From positions 228,528 through 292,527 of the forward strand of contig CAYGLK010000001.1 of the NCBI GenBank assembly GCA_964350985.1: a stretch of 64,000 nt of DNA. The letters are read 5' to 3'. The notes beneath the pieces were generated by a model that saw nothing but the letters and a program-made list of their open reading frames with translations, ran no database searches and was not told where the DNA came from. The position numbers and the translations under genes are program-made. Each line of letters opens with the position of its first letter. Positions within the stretch are counted from its first letter, which is position 1. This document shows, piece by piece, positions 1 through 9,567 of this stretch. Source of the stretch: an uncultured Candidatus Saccharibacteria bacterium (lineage in GTDB: Bacteria; Patescibacteriota; Minisyncoccia; Phycocordibacterales; UBA918).

Positions 1-33
1 TGGCTCAGATTTCATTATCCAGTATTTCATATA

Positions 34-654
34 TTAAATTTTTCTTACAATAAAGCTAAGTAAATGCCAGTGTAATTCAGTGCCGTCAGCAAGTTCATTA
101 CTTTTTTCAATTTCCTTAAAATATAATTCTTCAAACCCACTTAAAAGTTTTTCTGCTTCTTCACTAGTATGAAAGGTCATTCCAGGTTCATTAGACCAAG
201 CGTGTCTATCTCCAAAAAATTGTCCTGTAAAAACACCACCATTCTTTAACGCGTTTGAGATATTAGAAAAAACTCTATTAAACTCACTTGGTGCTATAAA
301 AGGTAATGATAGTTGGGCACTAATCAAGTCGTAGGAATTTTCCGGAAATTCAAGTTCCTCAAAGGAAGAAATCTTATATTGAAAATTAGCAGATGGTAAT
401 TTATTAGCTTTGTCGACGGCTACTGGAGCAATGTCGACAGCTGTTACCATTTTAAAACCATGTTCCAGAAGGTAGCTACACTCGACTAGTGCTCCAGACC
501 CTAGATCCAATGCACTATCAAGATTGCCTACATGTTCAAGAGCTTTAACCAGCAACCTTCCAGGAGGATCGTTTTCTGTGTCACTACAGTACTTCTCCCA
601 ATCATATGTAGGTGTGGCATTTTTTCTAGGTAGAAATTTATTTTCAGCTTCCAT
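34..654 (-). CDS. Class I SAM-dependent methyltransferase (TehB-like)
   Basis: Motif I ALDLGSGA, VTAVDIAP, YDLISAQLSLPF, LKNGGVFTGQFFG; TATAAT 9 nt before ATG. Confidence 0.85.
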   Translation of the reverse strand: MEAENKFLPRKNATPTYDWEKYCSDTENDPPGRLLVKALEHVGNLDSALDLGSGALVECSYLLEHGFKMVTAVDIAPVAVDKANKLPSANFQYKISSFEELEFPENSYDLISAQLSLPFIAPSEFNRVFSNISNALKNGGVFTGQFFGDRHAWSNEPGMTFHTSEEAEKLLSGFEELYFKEIEKSNELADGTELHWHLLSFIVRKI

Positions 655-732
655 AGTAGTTTGATTATAACAAAATTATTGTTTGTGAAGTATCTGAAGG
701 TGTTTGGTTAATAGATAAAAAATACAATTATT

Positions 733-1992
733 TTACAACAAAGCTCTAATCTGGCTTAAAAAATAGAAGGAACCAGTTATCACCAAAAGATCCTCGGAAC
801 TTTTTAATAGCTGACCAACTGCCTCTTTAGGGTCAGTAATAATTTCTAAGTTTTGGAAATTATTATCAAAACAATATTGAGATATGTCTTTCGGGTTCAT
901 AGAGTTTGAAATCATGTCTTGGGTGGTTGAAAATGCTGTGATAATAAGTCGGTCTACTATAGGTAGCAGCTCATTCATAAAACTCTTGTATTCTTTGTCT
1001 TGCTTTAGGCTAAGTAAAACAACTGCTTTTTTATCTGGATACTTAGACTTAAAGCTTTGGACAAAGGCCCGTATTTTTTGTTGATTGTGTGCCCCATCCA
1101 TTACGATAGTTTTGTTGCCAATATTACGTGTTTCCATTCTGCCTGGGACTTGGATGGTTCGCGAGTTCAAGTATTGTTCTCTGCTCAGATTTGGTAAATT
1201 ATCCCTAACACGTAGGTGTTCGAAAACCTGCTTTGCTAATAGCCAATTACGTTGTTGGAAAAGCGGTATTGTTTCAGAAAATTTTTCAGTTTCACTTTTA
1301 AGTTCAGATTCTTTTAAGACATGTAGAGGGGCGTTAGAGCTACGACACTGCGTTTTAACTACCCGCATTACTTCTTTCGATTGCTCGTATATAAAAGTTT
1401 TGTTCTTCTCATGAATGATCCCTGCTTTTTGGGTAGCTATCTCTGATAAGGTGCTGCCGAGAATATTCATATGGTCGTACCCAATGTCAGTTATAACGCA
1501 TACTTTATCCTTACGTCTGGCAGCATTCGTACTATCGTGTAAGCCGCCTAGGCCTGTTTCGAGTACCACATAGTCAACATTAAGTTTGGCAAAAACCCAA
1601 AATGAAAAAGCTATCATTAGTTCAAAATAGGTAGGCTCAATGCCGTCAATTTTTCCTAAAAATTCAGTTAGATATTTACAAAAATCATCTTCACTAAGTT
1701 GGATAGAGTTTATTTGGACTCTTTCTGTAACGCTATCAATATGTGGAGAGACAGTCAGTCCAACTTTGAGTCCAGCTTCGGTTAACATCTTAGAAATATA
1801 ATAGGCTGTAGATGTCTTTCCACTAGTGCCTGCGATATGAACTACCTTTAAAGATTCATGAGGATTGCCAACTTTATTTAAAAGCGGAAGCATTCGCTCG
1901 ACAGTCATATTTTTACCCGTTGTAAGCTTCGATTGCAAGACATATTTGGCGAGTTCCCTGTTTGCTTCCGAGATAGTATTAATTCTCTGCAT
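733..1992 (-). CDS. folC: Folylpolyglutamate synthase / dihydrofolate synthase
   Basis: VVHIAGTSGKTST, SPH...ERVQIN, TYFE, VLETGLGGLHDSTN, DHMNILG, KAGII, PGRME, DGAHN, TGSFY. Confidence 0.92.
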   Translation of the reverse strand: MQRINTISEANRELAKYVLQSKLTTGKNMTVERMLPLLNKVGNPHESLKVVHIAGTSGKTSTAYYISKMLTEAGLKVGLTVSPHIDSVTERVQINSIQLSEDDFCKYLTEFLGKIDGIEPTYFELMIAFSFWVFAKLNVDYVVLETGLGGLHDSTNAARRKDKVCVITDIGYDHMNILGSTLSEIATQKAGIIHEKNKTFIYEQSKEVMRVVKTQCRSSNAPLHVLKESELKSETEKFSETIPLFQQRNWLLAKQVFEHLRVRDNLPNLSREQYLNSRTIQVPGRMETRNIGNKTIVMDGAHNQQKIRAFVQSFKSKYPDKKAVVLLSLKQDKEYKSFMNELLPIVDRLIITAFSTTQDMISNSMNPKDISQYCFDNNFQNLEIITDPKEAVGQLLKSSEDLLVITGSFYFLSQIRALL

Positions 1993-1995
1993 ATA

Positions 1996-2568
1996 TTATT
2001 TACTTTCCCATTTTTGCTTAAGTTCCTCAATTCTCTGTAGTAATACAGGGTGACTAATAAAATTAATTGAGTATTTAAGAAATTCATCAAACAAAGCAAT
2101 TCCTTGAGATTGTTCGTATTCTAAGGCCTTCTCAACAGCTTGATACTTATCTAGCTGCCGCCCAAAATTAGCCGCAGGGTCATCCGAGGTTTCAAATCTA
2201 AGCCATAGATTCATTATCTCTTCCCCATTAGGTAGGTCAGCGCAGATATGCTCCAAGGCTTTTTTTTCGTTTTCAAACTTTATCTTTTTTAGGGCTTTCC
2301 GGTCATCCGGGTTTAGTTCTAGAATTACTTCATCTCCATGAATTGCTTCTGGCCAATCATGTACTTCTAACATATCTGTTAAGTTGCCGTTTTCTTCTTC
2401 GGTTAAATATGATGCTAATTCTCTGGCTAAGATAATTAATGATTCAATATGTTCCTTAACTGATTCTGGATTTTTAACTCCATGATTAACCCAGCCAGTC
2501 CGCTTTAGTTTTTGCAATGAGTCATAGACCGTTGGGGCAATTTTTTCAAATTTTAGTACAGACTCCAT
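1996..2568 (-). CDS. HD-domain phosphohydrolase (YfbR/HDDC2-like)
   Basis: LKRTGWV...ESVKEH...VHDWPEAIHGD...LDK. Confidence 0.85.
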   Translation of the reverse strand: MESVLKFEKIAPTVYDSLQKLKRTGWVNHGVKNPESVKEHIESLIILARELASYLTEEENGNLTDMLEVHDWPEAIHGDEVILELNPDDRKALKKIKFENEKKALEHICADLPNGEEIMNLWLRFETSDDPAANFGRQLDKYQAVEKALEYEQSQGIALFDEFLKYSINFISHPVLLQRIEELKQKWESK

Positions 2569-2599
2569 AATATTTAATTATAACAAAAATAACCTTGTC

Positions 2600-3058
2600 C
2601 TAGTATCCTTTGGGAGGTATCGCCCTTTTACCTAATTTCTTTAAATTTAATGACTCAATTTGGTCTAGAAGCTGTTTAACATATTCTTCTAGCTTTAATT
2701 TATCTTCTGTATCTATACCTTCTAAAATAAAATTTAGCGCTGCTTCAAAATCATTATTAAATTTTTGATTTATATCTTTCCAAGCGATATCTTTAAGTAG
2801 CATACCCAGGTTCTCTTCGTATCTAAGGACATCTCTCCTTAGAAGAAAAGCGATAGCAGGATAACCTAACTCCCCTTTCCAGTACGAAACATTATCGTTT
2901 GACATAATTGAACTCGAATCAGGATCGTAACTGATGTCGTAATATTTATTTCTGCTTGAAGAGTAGCATTTACCAGCATTGCCAGATATCTCAACCCTAT
3001 CGTCTGCCACAGCTCCGAGAGCTTCGTAAATTTTAGTAACTGAAGGCAGTTTCCACAT
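2600..3058 (-). CDS. Hypothetical protein
   Basis: 152-aa ORF co-oriented with its neighbours; WKLP..KIYEALGA and SNDN.SYW.G.LGYP look like conserved motifs; no function recognised. Confidence 0.7.
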   Translation of the reverse strand: MWKLPSVTKIYEALGAVADDRVEISGNAGKCYSSSRNKYYDISYDPDSSSIMSNDNVSYWKGELGYPAIAFLLRRDVLRYEENLGMLLKDIAWKDINQKFNNDFEAALNFILEGIDTEDKLKLEEYVKQLLDQIESLNLKKLGKRAIPPKGY

Positions 3059-3073
3059 AAAAAAGCCAGATTG

Positions 3074-4309
3074 TTAACTCTTTATATTTCTATCACTCCT
3101 TACTTTCAACAAAGCCAGTAACCCGAAAACTACAAATACTGTAACGGCTAAAGTTGCAAACCTATATCTGTCACTGCCAACAGAGACTAAACTGGTCACT
3201 ACTAGGCCCCAGACAATTGGTCCAACGAACGATGACGCTCTCTCCACTAGTCCAAAATATGCAAAAGCTAGGTTATGACCTTTCGGAGGTGCAAGATAAG
3301 ACATTACAGATCTGGAAACGGCCCAATTAGATCCAAACCAGAACCCCATGATTGTTGTTGTTATCACAAACAAAGTAAAATTTGTTACAAGTCCAACGAG
3401 GGGTAGAATAAATATCCATCCGAAAACAATAAAGACCAAGGTTCTTTTATGTCCAAATTTATCAGCAATCAGACCGGAAACCAGTCCCCCAATTCCCGAC
3501 GTAACTAAAATACCCAATAGGATATAAGTTTTTATTGTATCGGAAACACCCCATACTTGTTCTAGAAAAATTGGGAAGTTATTTGCTGCTGTGAGTACTG
3601 CATCATTAAATAAAAAGTAGGAGAGCAAAAATAGTGCTACTCCAGGAAATAGAAAAAGTTTTTTGGTCTCAGACAAAAGATGTTTGATTTCTGCTTTAAT
3701 CTGAAAAGGAATCTTTTCTTTCTTCGGCTCCTTAAACCAAATCAGCATCGGTAGAGCACAAATCATGAAAGCTACAACTGCCGGTAATAAAGTCTCAGCT
3801 CGGGCAGATGAACCGAATATACTGAGGACTCCAGTTGAAAATGGAAGCACTAATAATAAGCCTGTAAATTGACCAAGATAGTTTGCGGCTATTCCTAGTC
3901 CGGAAATCCTCCCTCTTCTGTTAGTTTGTGAAATGTCATTCAATAGAGGGGTGTAAAAAGTAAAAGTCAAAAGGTATATGTATAAACCTAAAGTAAAAAA
4001 GATTAGTGCCAACATGCTCATGCCAGAGACAGCGAATAGAGCACAACATAAGTAAAATATAAAAGTGCCAACCGTTGTATATCTTAATCCAGTAATCCTT
4101 CTGAAATGTTTATCTAAAACAAAACCTGTAATAGGGGCGGTAAAAAGAAGTAATACGGCGGATATTGTAAAAGTAAGATTGAAGTAAATATCAGGAAAGC
4201 CTTGATCTACTACAATCCATTGAGCAAAGTATAAAAAGAACACAATAGAAACAAGGGAGTTTGCAAAGTCGTAGAGGGCCCACAGAAAGATGTTCTTTTT
4301 TGTATCCAT
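3074..4309 (-). CDS. MFS transporter (UMF1/ATG22-like family)
   Basis: WALYDFANS N-terminus, ~12 TM helices, RGRISGLG, ADKFGHKR. Confidence 0.88.
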   Translation of the reverse strand: MDTKKNIFLWALYDFANSLVSIVFFLYFAQWIVVDQGFPDIYFNLTFTISAVLLLFTAPITGFVLDKHFRRITGLRYTTVGTFIFYLCCALFAVSGMSMLALIFFTLGLYIYLLTFTFYTPLLNDISQTNRRGRISGLGIAANYLGQFTGLLLVLPFSTGVLSIFGSSARAETLLPAVVAFMICALPMLIWFKEPKKEKIPFQIKAEIKHLLSETKKLFLFPGVALFLLSYFLFNDAVLTAANNFPIFLEQVWGVSDTIKTYILLGILVTSGIGGLVSGLIADKFGHKRTLVFIVFGWIFILPLVGLVTNFTLFVITTTIMGFWFGSNWAVSRSVMSYLAPPKGHNLAFAYFGLVERASSFVGPIVWGLVVTSLVSVGSDRYRFATLAVTVFVVFGLLALLKVRSDRNIKS

Positions 4310-4328
4310 TTTAATTATGTTAACTATA

Positions 4329-4922
4329 TCAAAGTTTTGTAGATTTCTTTTTAATAATCTGTAAAACTAGGAGCAGAACTAAACTATCAAAAAGGAATAA
4401 GTAGATTGGATAAGCTACTTCATAAAAAGCTAATGTCTCAATAGCAAATAAGCTTAAGAAACCAGAAACTGTAGCCATAATCCAAGCAAATGGAGTTTCA
4501 CTATCAGGGTCTTTATAACTCTTCATTATGGTTGGAAGTCCAAAAGCAAAGTCAGCCAGAATTGCACAAATTAAAGCCAAAATTGGCATATCTAATGTGA
4601 TCCATAAAATTAAACCAAATATTCCAAGACCAAAGAAAAAACCATCTGACTTAGAAGATTGCCAAACGCCAGAACCTCTAATCAATGAAAATAATACAAT
4701 CAGAAGACAAGCCAAGGTATTGGCTGCAACAATAGTTGCTAACCAAGTACTTCCCTCTGCATACATGGCGGATGCACCTAGTCCTGTTATAAAACTCCAA
4801 CCTAGCCAACTCAGTATGTGAGGCCGGGCTCTTTTAGTGTAAATATCTCTGATGTAAGGAACTACACCAATTAAGATAGCCAAAGACGAAAGTACTCCAA
4901 AAATTGCCGAATCAATAATCAC
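4329..4922 (-). CDS. Integral membrane protein
   Basis: ~7 hydrophobic segments; PYIRDI...RPH..SW and PT..KSY.DP.SE motifs reminiscent of a PQ-loop-like duplication. Confidence 0.75.
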   Translation of the reverse strand: MIIDSAIFGVLSSLAILIGVVPYIRDIYTKRARPHILSWLGWSFITGLGASAMYAEGSTWLATIVAANTLACLLIVLFSLIRGSGVWQSSKSDGFFFGLGIFGLILWITLDMPILALICAILADFAFGLPTIMKSYKDPDSETPFAWIMATVSGFLSLFAIETLAFYEVAYPIYLFLFDSLVLLLVLQIIKKKSTKL

Positions 4923-4942
4923 ATTTGTAAGTATACTCTAAC

Positions 4943-5030
4943 TTTAAAGCAAAAGAAAAACGCCCGAAGGCGTTTTTCTTTATGGAGATTAGATGTTAAT
5001 CGCAAGAGTAGGGCTCCAACACGGGGCTGA
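4943..5030. repeat. Direct repeat copy 1: displaced 3' end of the 6130-6543 gene plus its terminator
   Basis: Near-identical to 6082-6171; on the minus strand it encodes SAPCWSPTLAINI* versus SAPCWSPTLAMNI*, then the AAAAACGCC-CGAA-GGCGTTTTT hairpin. Confidence 0.93.
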
Positions 5031-5110
5031 TACTTGCTGAGGGTATGTTAAGAGTACGATGTTGCCTGCAAACGTACTGTCCGGCTGAAGCCTGGGTTTT
5101 TTAGATATAG

Positions 5111-5138
5111 AAAAACCCCGGTTATTAAGCCGGGGGTT
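5111..5138 (-). terminator. Intrinsic terminator of the orphan gene
   Basis: Minus strand AACCCCCGGC-TTAATA-ACCGGGGTTTTT. Confidence 0.75.
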
Positions 5139-5181
5139 ACAATCGTAGTATTGGAGTAGATACCAGACTACCTGGTGCTAC

Positions 5182-5847
5182 TTAAGGACCTACGTTCTCC
5201 TTATTTTCAAAAATTGCTTCCGCGGACCACCCTCTATCCCAGAAGTTCATGGGGTAGTTGTCTCCTGTCTCCTCGAGGAGTTTTTGGCAAACCCGAGGAT
5301 CAGGGTTGGTGAGACGTTCCCTTATAACCACGAGCGCATCAAGCAGCACTGAATCATGCTGCGCGATGATTGCCAGTTCCCACACTTCATGGGAATGCTT
5401 GACCCTTGTTATAAGGGTTGGGATGAAAGGGTCACCTGTAGTGTCCCAAGGGTGCTTTGCCTCCGTCTCGAGTAAAATCTCTGACGCTTGGCGATGGTGC
5501 CAAAAGTGACGACCGATGTCCCCTGTGTTGTTCACGGCGAATGATGTTCGTGCCCCTTCGGCACTTACCTCAAACTCTCCCCACTCCGCCATTTTTTTTA
5601 TTGTTATGCAAGAGTTCAGAACCCAAACAACAAGGGTATCTCCCTTGAAGGAGATGCCGTCCGTGCCGAAGCTGTCCGTGTGACTGCGGCTGAACTCGAT
5701 GGGTGTATCATCGATCCATGCCTGTAAGGCTCTTCGGCATTCGGTGACATCCTCCTCACTTTCAAGTGGGGCAGTCGCGCACACACTGCCCGAAATCGCT
5801 TTGAAGAGATTTCGGGGGTCCGGCTTGCTTTTGAAAAAAACTTTCAT
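5182..5847 (-). CDS. Orphan hypothetical protein (probable start MKVFFK at 5847)
   Basis: GC-richer ORF; SD-like GGGGAGGA just upstream of the ATG at 5847; ORF track extends to 5892. Confidence 0.65.
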   Translation of the reverse strand: MKVFFKSKPDPRNLFKAISGSVCATAPLESEEDVTECRRALQAWIDDTPIEFSRSHTDSFGTDGISFKGDTLVVWVLNSCITIKKMAEWGEFEVSAEGARTSFAVNNTGDIGRHFWHHRQASEILLETEAKHPWDTTGDPFIPTLITRVKHSHEVWELAIIAQHDSVLLDALVVIRERLTNPDPRVCQKLLEETGDNYPMNFWDRGWSAEAIFENKENVGP

Positions 5848-5997
5848 TTGTTCCTCCCCACCCATCACTCGCATCAGAATTGATGCTGTCAATGTAGGTG
5901 TCCTGTATTCAGGACTTTATCTTATATAGACACATATAAAACAAAGTCCCAAATACAGAATTATAGAGAACACTGGTCAGAATTTTTTTAGCGTTTA

Positions 5998-6045
5998 TAT
6001 AAAGAACGCTATATATATTGTATCATAAATATAGTCTCATGTCAA
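5998..6045 (-). promoter_or_regulatory. Sigma70-type promoter plus boxA-like motif
   Basis: TTGACA(6045-6040)-17 nt-TACAAT(6022-6017) with extended TG; CGTTCTTTATA just downstream. Confidence 0.7.
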
Positions 6046-6081
6046 ACATCGCGGCGCTAGATTCAACATTTAATGTCAATA

Positions 6082-6171
6082 TTTAAACCAAAAGAAAAAA
6101 CGCCCGAAGGCGTTTTTTCTTTATGGAGATTAGATGTTCATCGCTAGAGTAGGGCTCCAACACGGGGCTGA
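6082..6171. repeat. Direct repeat copy 2: current 3' end and bidirectional terminator of the SLT-like gene
   Basis: Matches 4943-5030 with few substitutions and one extra A/T pair in the stem. Confidence 0.93.
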
Positions 6172-6543
6172 GGCACTCCACGGCTGTGTTCCCTGCTTCT
6201 CATAGAGATGTCGGGCGTAGGCCATGTTCTCTTCGATCTTGTCTAAGTTGAGGTTCATAGAAATCGCTGTCTTCTCGTGGTAACGCTTGTTGATTTGCAT
6301 TACCCCAGTATCTGCTGGGTCAACCACGCCTTTCAGCACACTTCCATCCTCTAGTGTATGTCGAAACGTCGATTCACATCGAGCGATCTGGATCATCACT
6401 GGAATATCCTTGAAGTATGAACGAACAACTTGTTCGGTATCTACTACTGTTCTTGAAGTTTCCTCCACTAACGTACCGGTATTCTTGATCTGACCATAGG
6501 CCGCGTCTACGGGAATCGTTGATGAGATTGATGTCATCGACAA
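6130..6543 (-). CDS. Secreted lytic transglycosylase / lysozyme-like (SLT) protein; true start uncertain
   Basis: IARCES (catalytic Glu), DTGVMQIN, NMAYARHLY..QGTQPW; the hydrophobic signal-like stretch continues in frame upstream of 6543. Confidence 0.75.
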   Translation of the reverse strand: MSMTSISSTIPVDAAYGQIKNTGTLVEETSRTVVDTEQVVRSYFKDIPVMIQIARCESTFRHTLEDGSVLKGVVDPADTGVMQINKRYHEKTAISMNLNLDKIEENMAYARHLYEKQGTQPWSASAPCWSPTLAMNI

Positions 6544-6650
6544 AACCGCAATGATTACGGTCGATAAAATAAGCCAATTGTCTTAACTAACAAATGTCAG
6601 CACCTAAGCTGACAACCGCAAAATGATATCACACATTACGGATATTTATG

Positions 6651-6679
6651 AGTATAGCATACTTTTGACTTACTGTCAA
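6651..6679 (-). promoter_or_regulatory. Consensus sigma70 promoter for the SLT-like gene
   Basis: TTGACA(6679-6674)-17 nt-TATACT(6656-6651) with extended TG. Confidence 0.75.
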
Positions 6680-6692
6680 TGTAGTACTGTAT

Positions 6693-7541
6693 CTATTTGC
6701 CTAATTTATCCTTAATATAAGCCATTCCACCGTATAATCCACCTTCATCTCTAAAGGCTGCTTTGGTAATAAATGGACTCTCAACAAACTCCCCAAGGGC
6801 TTCAACAGTGTATTTTCGGATTGCGTCAATTGGGATATTTGGGTCACCCATTATCATAGATCCGCCAAGTACAATCGCTTCAGGAGACCAATATAGGATA
6901 CTGTTACGCAGACCTTGAGCTAAGTAGCCTGCTAGTTCGTCCCAAACCAGATCTTCTTGAGGAATTTCGTATGGCTTCATACCTACTCTCGCCTCCAGTC
7001 CAGCGCCTGATACTAAGTTCTCCAAAGTAGGGTTAACATCTTCTCCTAAGATAGTACGGTCAATATCTAGTATCTGGTGTCCTGGCTCAAAGCCTGAAGT
7101 GGAGACGTCAATTTTACCGCACTCAATTTTTACTCCACCTACCCCAGTGCTAATGGTGTGATAAACAACGATGTCCATTCCCTTCCCGGCACCATAGACA
7201 GCTTCTCCAAGTCCAGCCAAAGCTGCATCGTTTTCCAAGTAAACAGGTACTTTAAAATGTTTATTCAATCTACCAGTGATAGATTTTTGTATCCAGTCTC
7301 TCAAGGTCGGGTCGTTTTCTGTACCAGTACCCTCTTCGTTTAGTCGTCCTCTAACACCTCCAGCAATAGTTTCGATTTTGGTTTCTGTCTTTAAGCCCTC
7401 TATATGTTTAATGATGGCTTCAATACCCTTATCAAAAGATTTAGGTGTTGGAAAAGAAGTATGGTCAGTAAAAACCTGTAAGTCTTCAGTTACTGCTACT
7501 CGGGTTTTTGTTCCACCAATATCAAAGACTGCGTAACTCAT
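6693..7541 (-). CDS. ROK family sugar kinase (glucokinase-like)
   Basis: DIGGTKTR, ENDAALAGLGEA..GAG, TISTGVGG, EPGH; overlaps the pgi stop. Confidence 0.88.
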   Translation of the reverse strand: MSYAVFDIGGTKTRVAVTEDLQVFTDHTSFPTPKSFDKGIEAIIKHIEGLKTETKIETIAGGVRGRLNEEGTGTENDPTLRDWIQKSITGRLNKHFKVPVYLENDAALAGLGEAVYGAGKGMDIVVYHTISTGVGGVKIECGKIDVSTSGFEPGHQILDIDRTILGEDVNPTLENLVSGAGLEARVGMKPYEIPQEDLVWDELAGYLAQGLRNSILYWSPEAIVLGGSMIMGDPNIPIDAIRKYTVEALGEFVESPFITKAAFRDEGGLYGGMAYIKDKLGK

Positions 7542-8794
7542 ATGTTTAATATTTCTTTAGTCTTGTCCTTATAGAGTTCTACATTGGGTTGGTCAAAAGC
7601 ATTTACCCCTAGTAAGTGAGCGGTATACATTATTTCTCGTAGTCTCATTGCCATAAAGACACCTAAAGAGTACGGAAGAGCCTCTTCAAAAATCGTCGCT
7701 CGGTAAGGTAAGTTCTTTTCCTGATAGGCTGCTATCACTCCACCATATAAAGCAGTTGATATTTCTTCGATCGAATAGCCTTTAAGATTTTTTGCTAGTC
7801 GGTTACTGCGAGCTATTTTTATATCAACAACAGCATCATCAAAAGTAACAAAGTCAGTCAGAGTGTCCGGAACTCCACTCATATATAGCTGTCCAACTGA
7901 ATGTAACTCTACAGGAGTTGAGATAGTTGGGACCATGGCGGTCTTTAAAGCTTGGCCTTTGAGGTTTTTTTCTTTACCAAGGCTTTCAGCAAATAGCTGA
8001 CGGTACCAACGTCCTAGTTTTTCTAGTCGTGGTTCAAAAGCAAAGAAGTTGTAGTGTGGGTATTTTAGTTGATGGTAAATAGCAAGACGAGACGCACTTT
8101 CAGCTACCAAGGTCTCATACTGCTCTTCTGAGGCTTCTAGGTAGCCGCTGATGAAGTCATCTACGTCATGGCCAAGAAGTGTCAGTGGTACCAATCCAAC
8201 TGCTGTTGCGACGGAGTAACGTCCACCAATTACTTCTGGCATTGAGATCTCAAGTACCCCTTTCTTCTTTCCGTAAGTCATCAGATCTGTCTTTGGGTTC
8301 CCAATAAAAATCGTTTGTTTGTAGATGTCAGCTTTAAAACGTTCTTCTAGAGCATCTAGAAAGACAGCTGCATTAGCTAATGTCTCTGTCGTCTGTCCAG
8401 ACTTACTAATGACGCAGACTGCTAAATCTTTAACTTTCTTTACACTGTGTAGTTCTTTCAATAGTTGATCAATCTTATATGAAGAGACAGTGTCAAGAAT
8501 AGAAAGTTTGACCTTACCGGTATCTAAAACTGAATGGATCGCTTCAACACCCAAACTAGATCCTCCAATTCCAATTAGGACTAGGTGTTTAATATTTTTA
8601 AACTGATTTTTGATCTTATTTAATTCTTCATGTACAGCAAAATCCCGACAGTGATAGAGAGAGTACTCAGGGACTTTTTTGTCATCATTCTTCTTAGCTA
8701 ACTCTATTTCTGTTCGGTAATTTTTTAGTTTATTCTGATTTGTCTTCAGTAATTTTTCAGAGACTCGTTTGTCATCAAAATAAGTAATAAACAT
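7538..8794 (-). CDS. pgi: Glucose-6-phosphate isomerase
   Basis: GIGGSSLG, SKSGQTTET, GGRYSV, QLFAESLGK, HSVGQ, NAFDQPNVELYK. Confidence 0.93.
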   Translation of the reverse strand: MFITYFDDKRVSEKLLKTNQNKLKNYRTEIELAKKNDDKKVPEYSLYHCRDFAVHEELNKIKNQFKNIKHLVLIGIGGSSLGVEAIHSVLDTGKVKLSILDTVSSYKIDQLLKELHSVKKVKDLAVCVISKSGQTTETLANAAVFLDALEERFKADIYKQTIFIGNPKTDLMTYGKKKGVLEISMPEVIGGRYSVATAVGLVPLTLLGHDVDDFISGYLEASEEQYETLVAESASRLAIYHQLKYPHYNFFAFEPRLEKLGRWYRQLFAESLGKEKNLKGQALKTAMVPTISTPVELHSVGQLYMSGVPDTLTDFVTFDDAVVDIKIARSNRLAKNLKGYSIEEISTALYGGVIAAYQEKNLPYRATIFEEALPYSLGVFMAMRLREIMYTAHLLGVNAFDQPNVELYKDKTKEILNI

Positions 8795-8803
8795 AAGTGG
8801 AAA

Positions 8804-9550
8804 TTAAACTTGTCTGGTATTACGGCAGTCAACGTTCTTTAAGATGTATTTCAAAGCTTCGTCAACATTGTCGACAATTTTGAAGAGATCAAGATCCTCT
8901 TTACTAATTGTCTTGTGTTTCTTCAGTAGTTCCTTCTCAAAGAATTTTACCAGCGGTTCCCAGAACTCTCGTCCGTAAAGTACAACTGGAATTTTTTCAA
9001 TCTTTTTGGTTTGGATCAAGGTGATGATCTCAAAGAATTCATCTAAGGTTCCAAATCCTCCGGGGAAATAAACGTAAACTTCAGAAGAGAAAGTAAGCAT
9101 TACTTTTCTTGAAAAGAAGAAGTCGAAGTTGAGTGATTCGGTGGTGTAGGGATTGAGCTTTTGTTCAAACGGAAGTTTGATGTTTAGACCGATTGAATTC
9201 CCTCCTACCTTAAAGGATCCAACGTTTGAAGCTTCCATAATACCCGGACCTCCACCAGAGATGATAGTGAAGCCTTTTTTGGCCATTTTAGAAGCTAGTT
9301 CTTCAGCTGCCTTGTAATACGGCTCAGTTGGATCAGTTCGAGCACTTCCCCAAAAAGTAGCCGCTAGGCCATAGCTTCTAAGTAGTTCAAAACCTTGGAC
9401 AAACTCAGACATTATTCTGAATACTCTCCAAGACTGGACTGCTCCATCATGACCTTGCGGATCAAGTAATTCATTTACTACCCTGCAGTGTGGTGCTTCG
9501 TTTTTTGCTTTCTTCTTAGCACCAAATAATTTATTTACCATATCAAACAT
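8804..9550 (-). CDS. LOG family (TIGR00730-like) nucleotide phosphoribohydrolase
   Basis: GSAR, SGGGPGIMEA, FFSRK, PGGFGTLDE. Confidence 0.92.
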   Translation of the reverse strand: MFDMVNKLFGAKKKAKNEAPHCRVVNELLDPQGHDGAVQSWRVFRIMSEFVQGFELLRSYGLAATFWGSARTDPTEPYYKAAEELASKMAKKGFTIISGGGPGIMEASNVGSFKVGGNSIGLNIKLPFEQKLNPYTTESLNFDFFFSRKVMLTFSSEVYVYFPGGFGTLDEFFEIITLIQTKKIEKIPVVLYGREFWEPLVKFFEKELLKKHKTISKEDLDLFKIVDNVDEALKYILKNVDCRNTRQV

Positions 9551-9567
9551 ATTGTAACATTAGTGAT

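Noticed and set aside
4989-6171. Diversity-generating retroelement TR/VR pair (both coding mismatches are A in the + strand of copy 1)
   Set aside because: There are only two mismatches, they are T on the gene's sense strand, one is synonymous, the repeat includes the terminator, and no reverse transcriptase is in the window.
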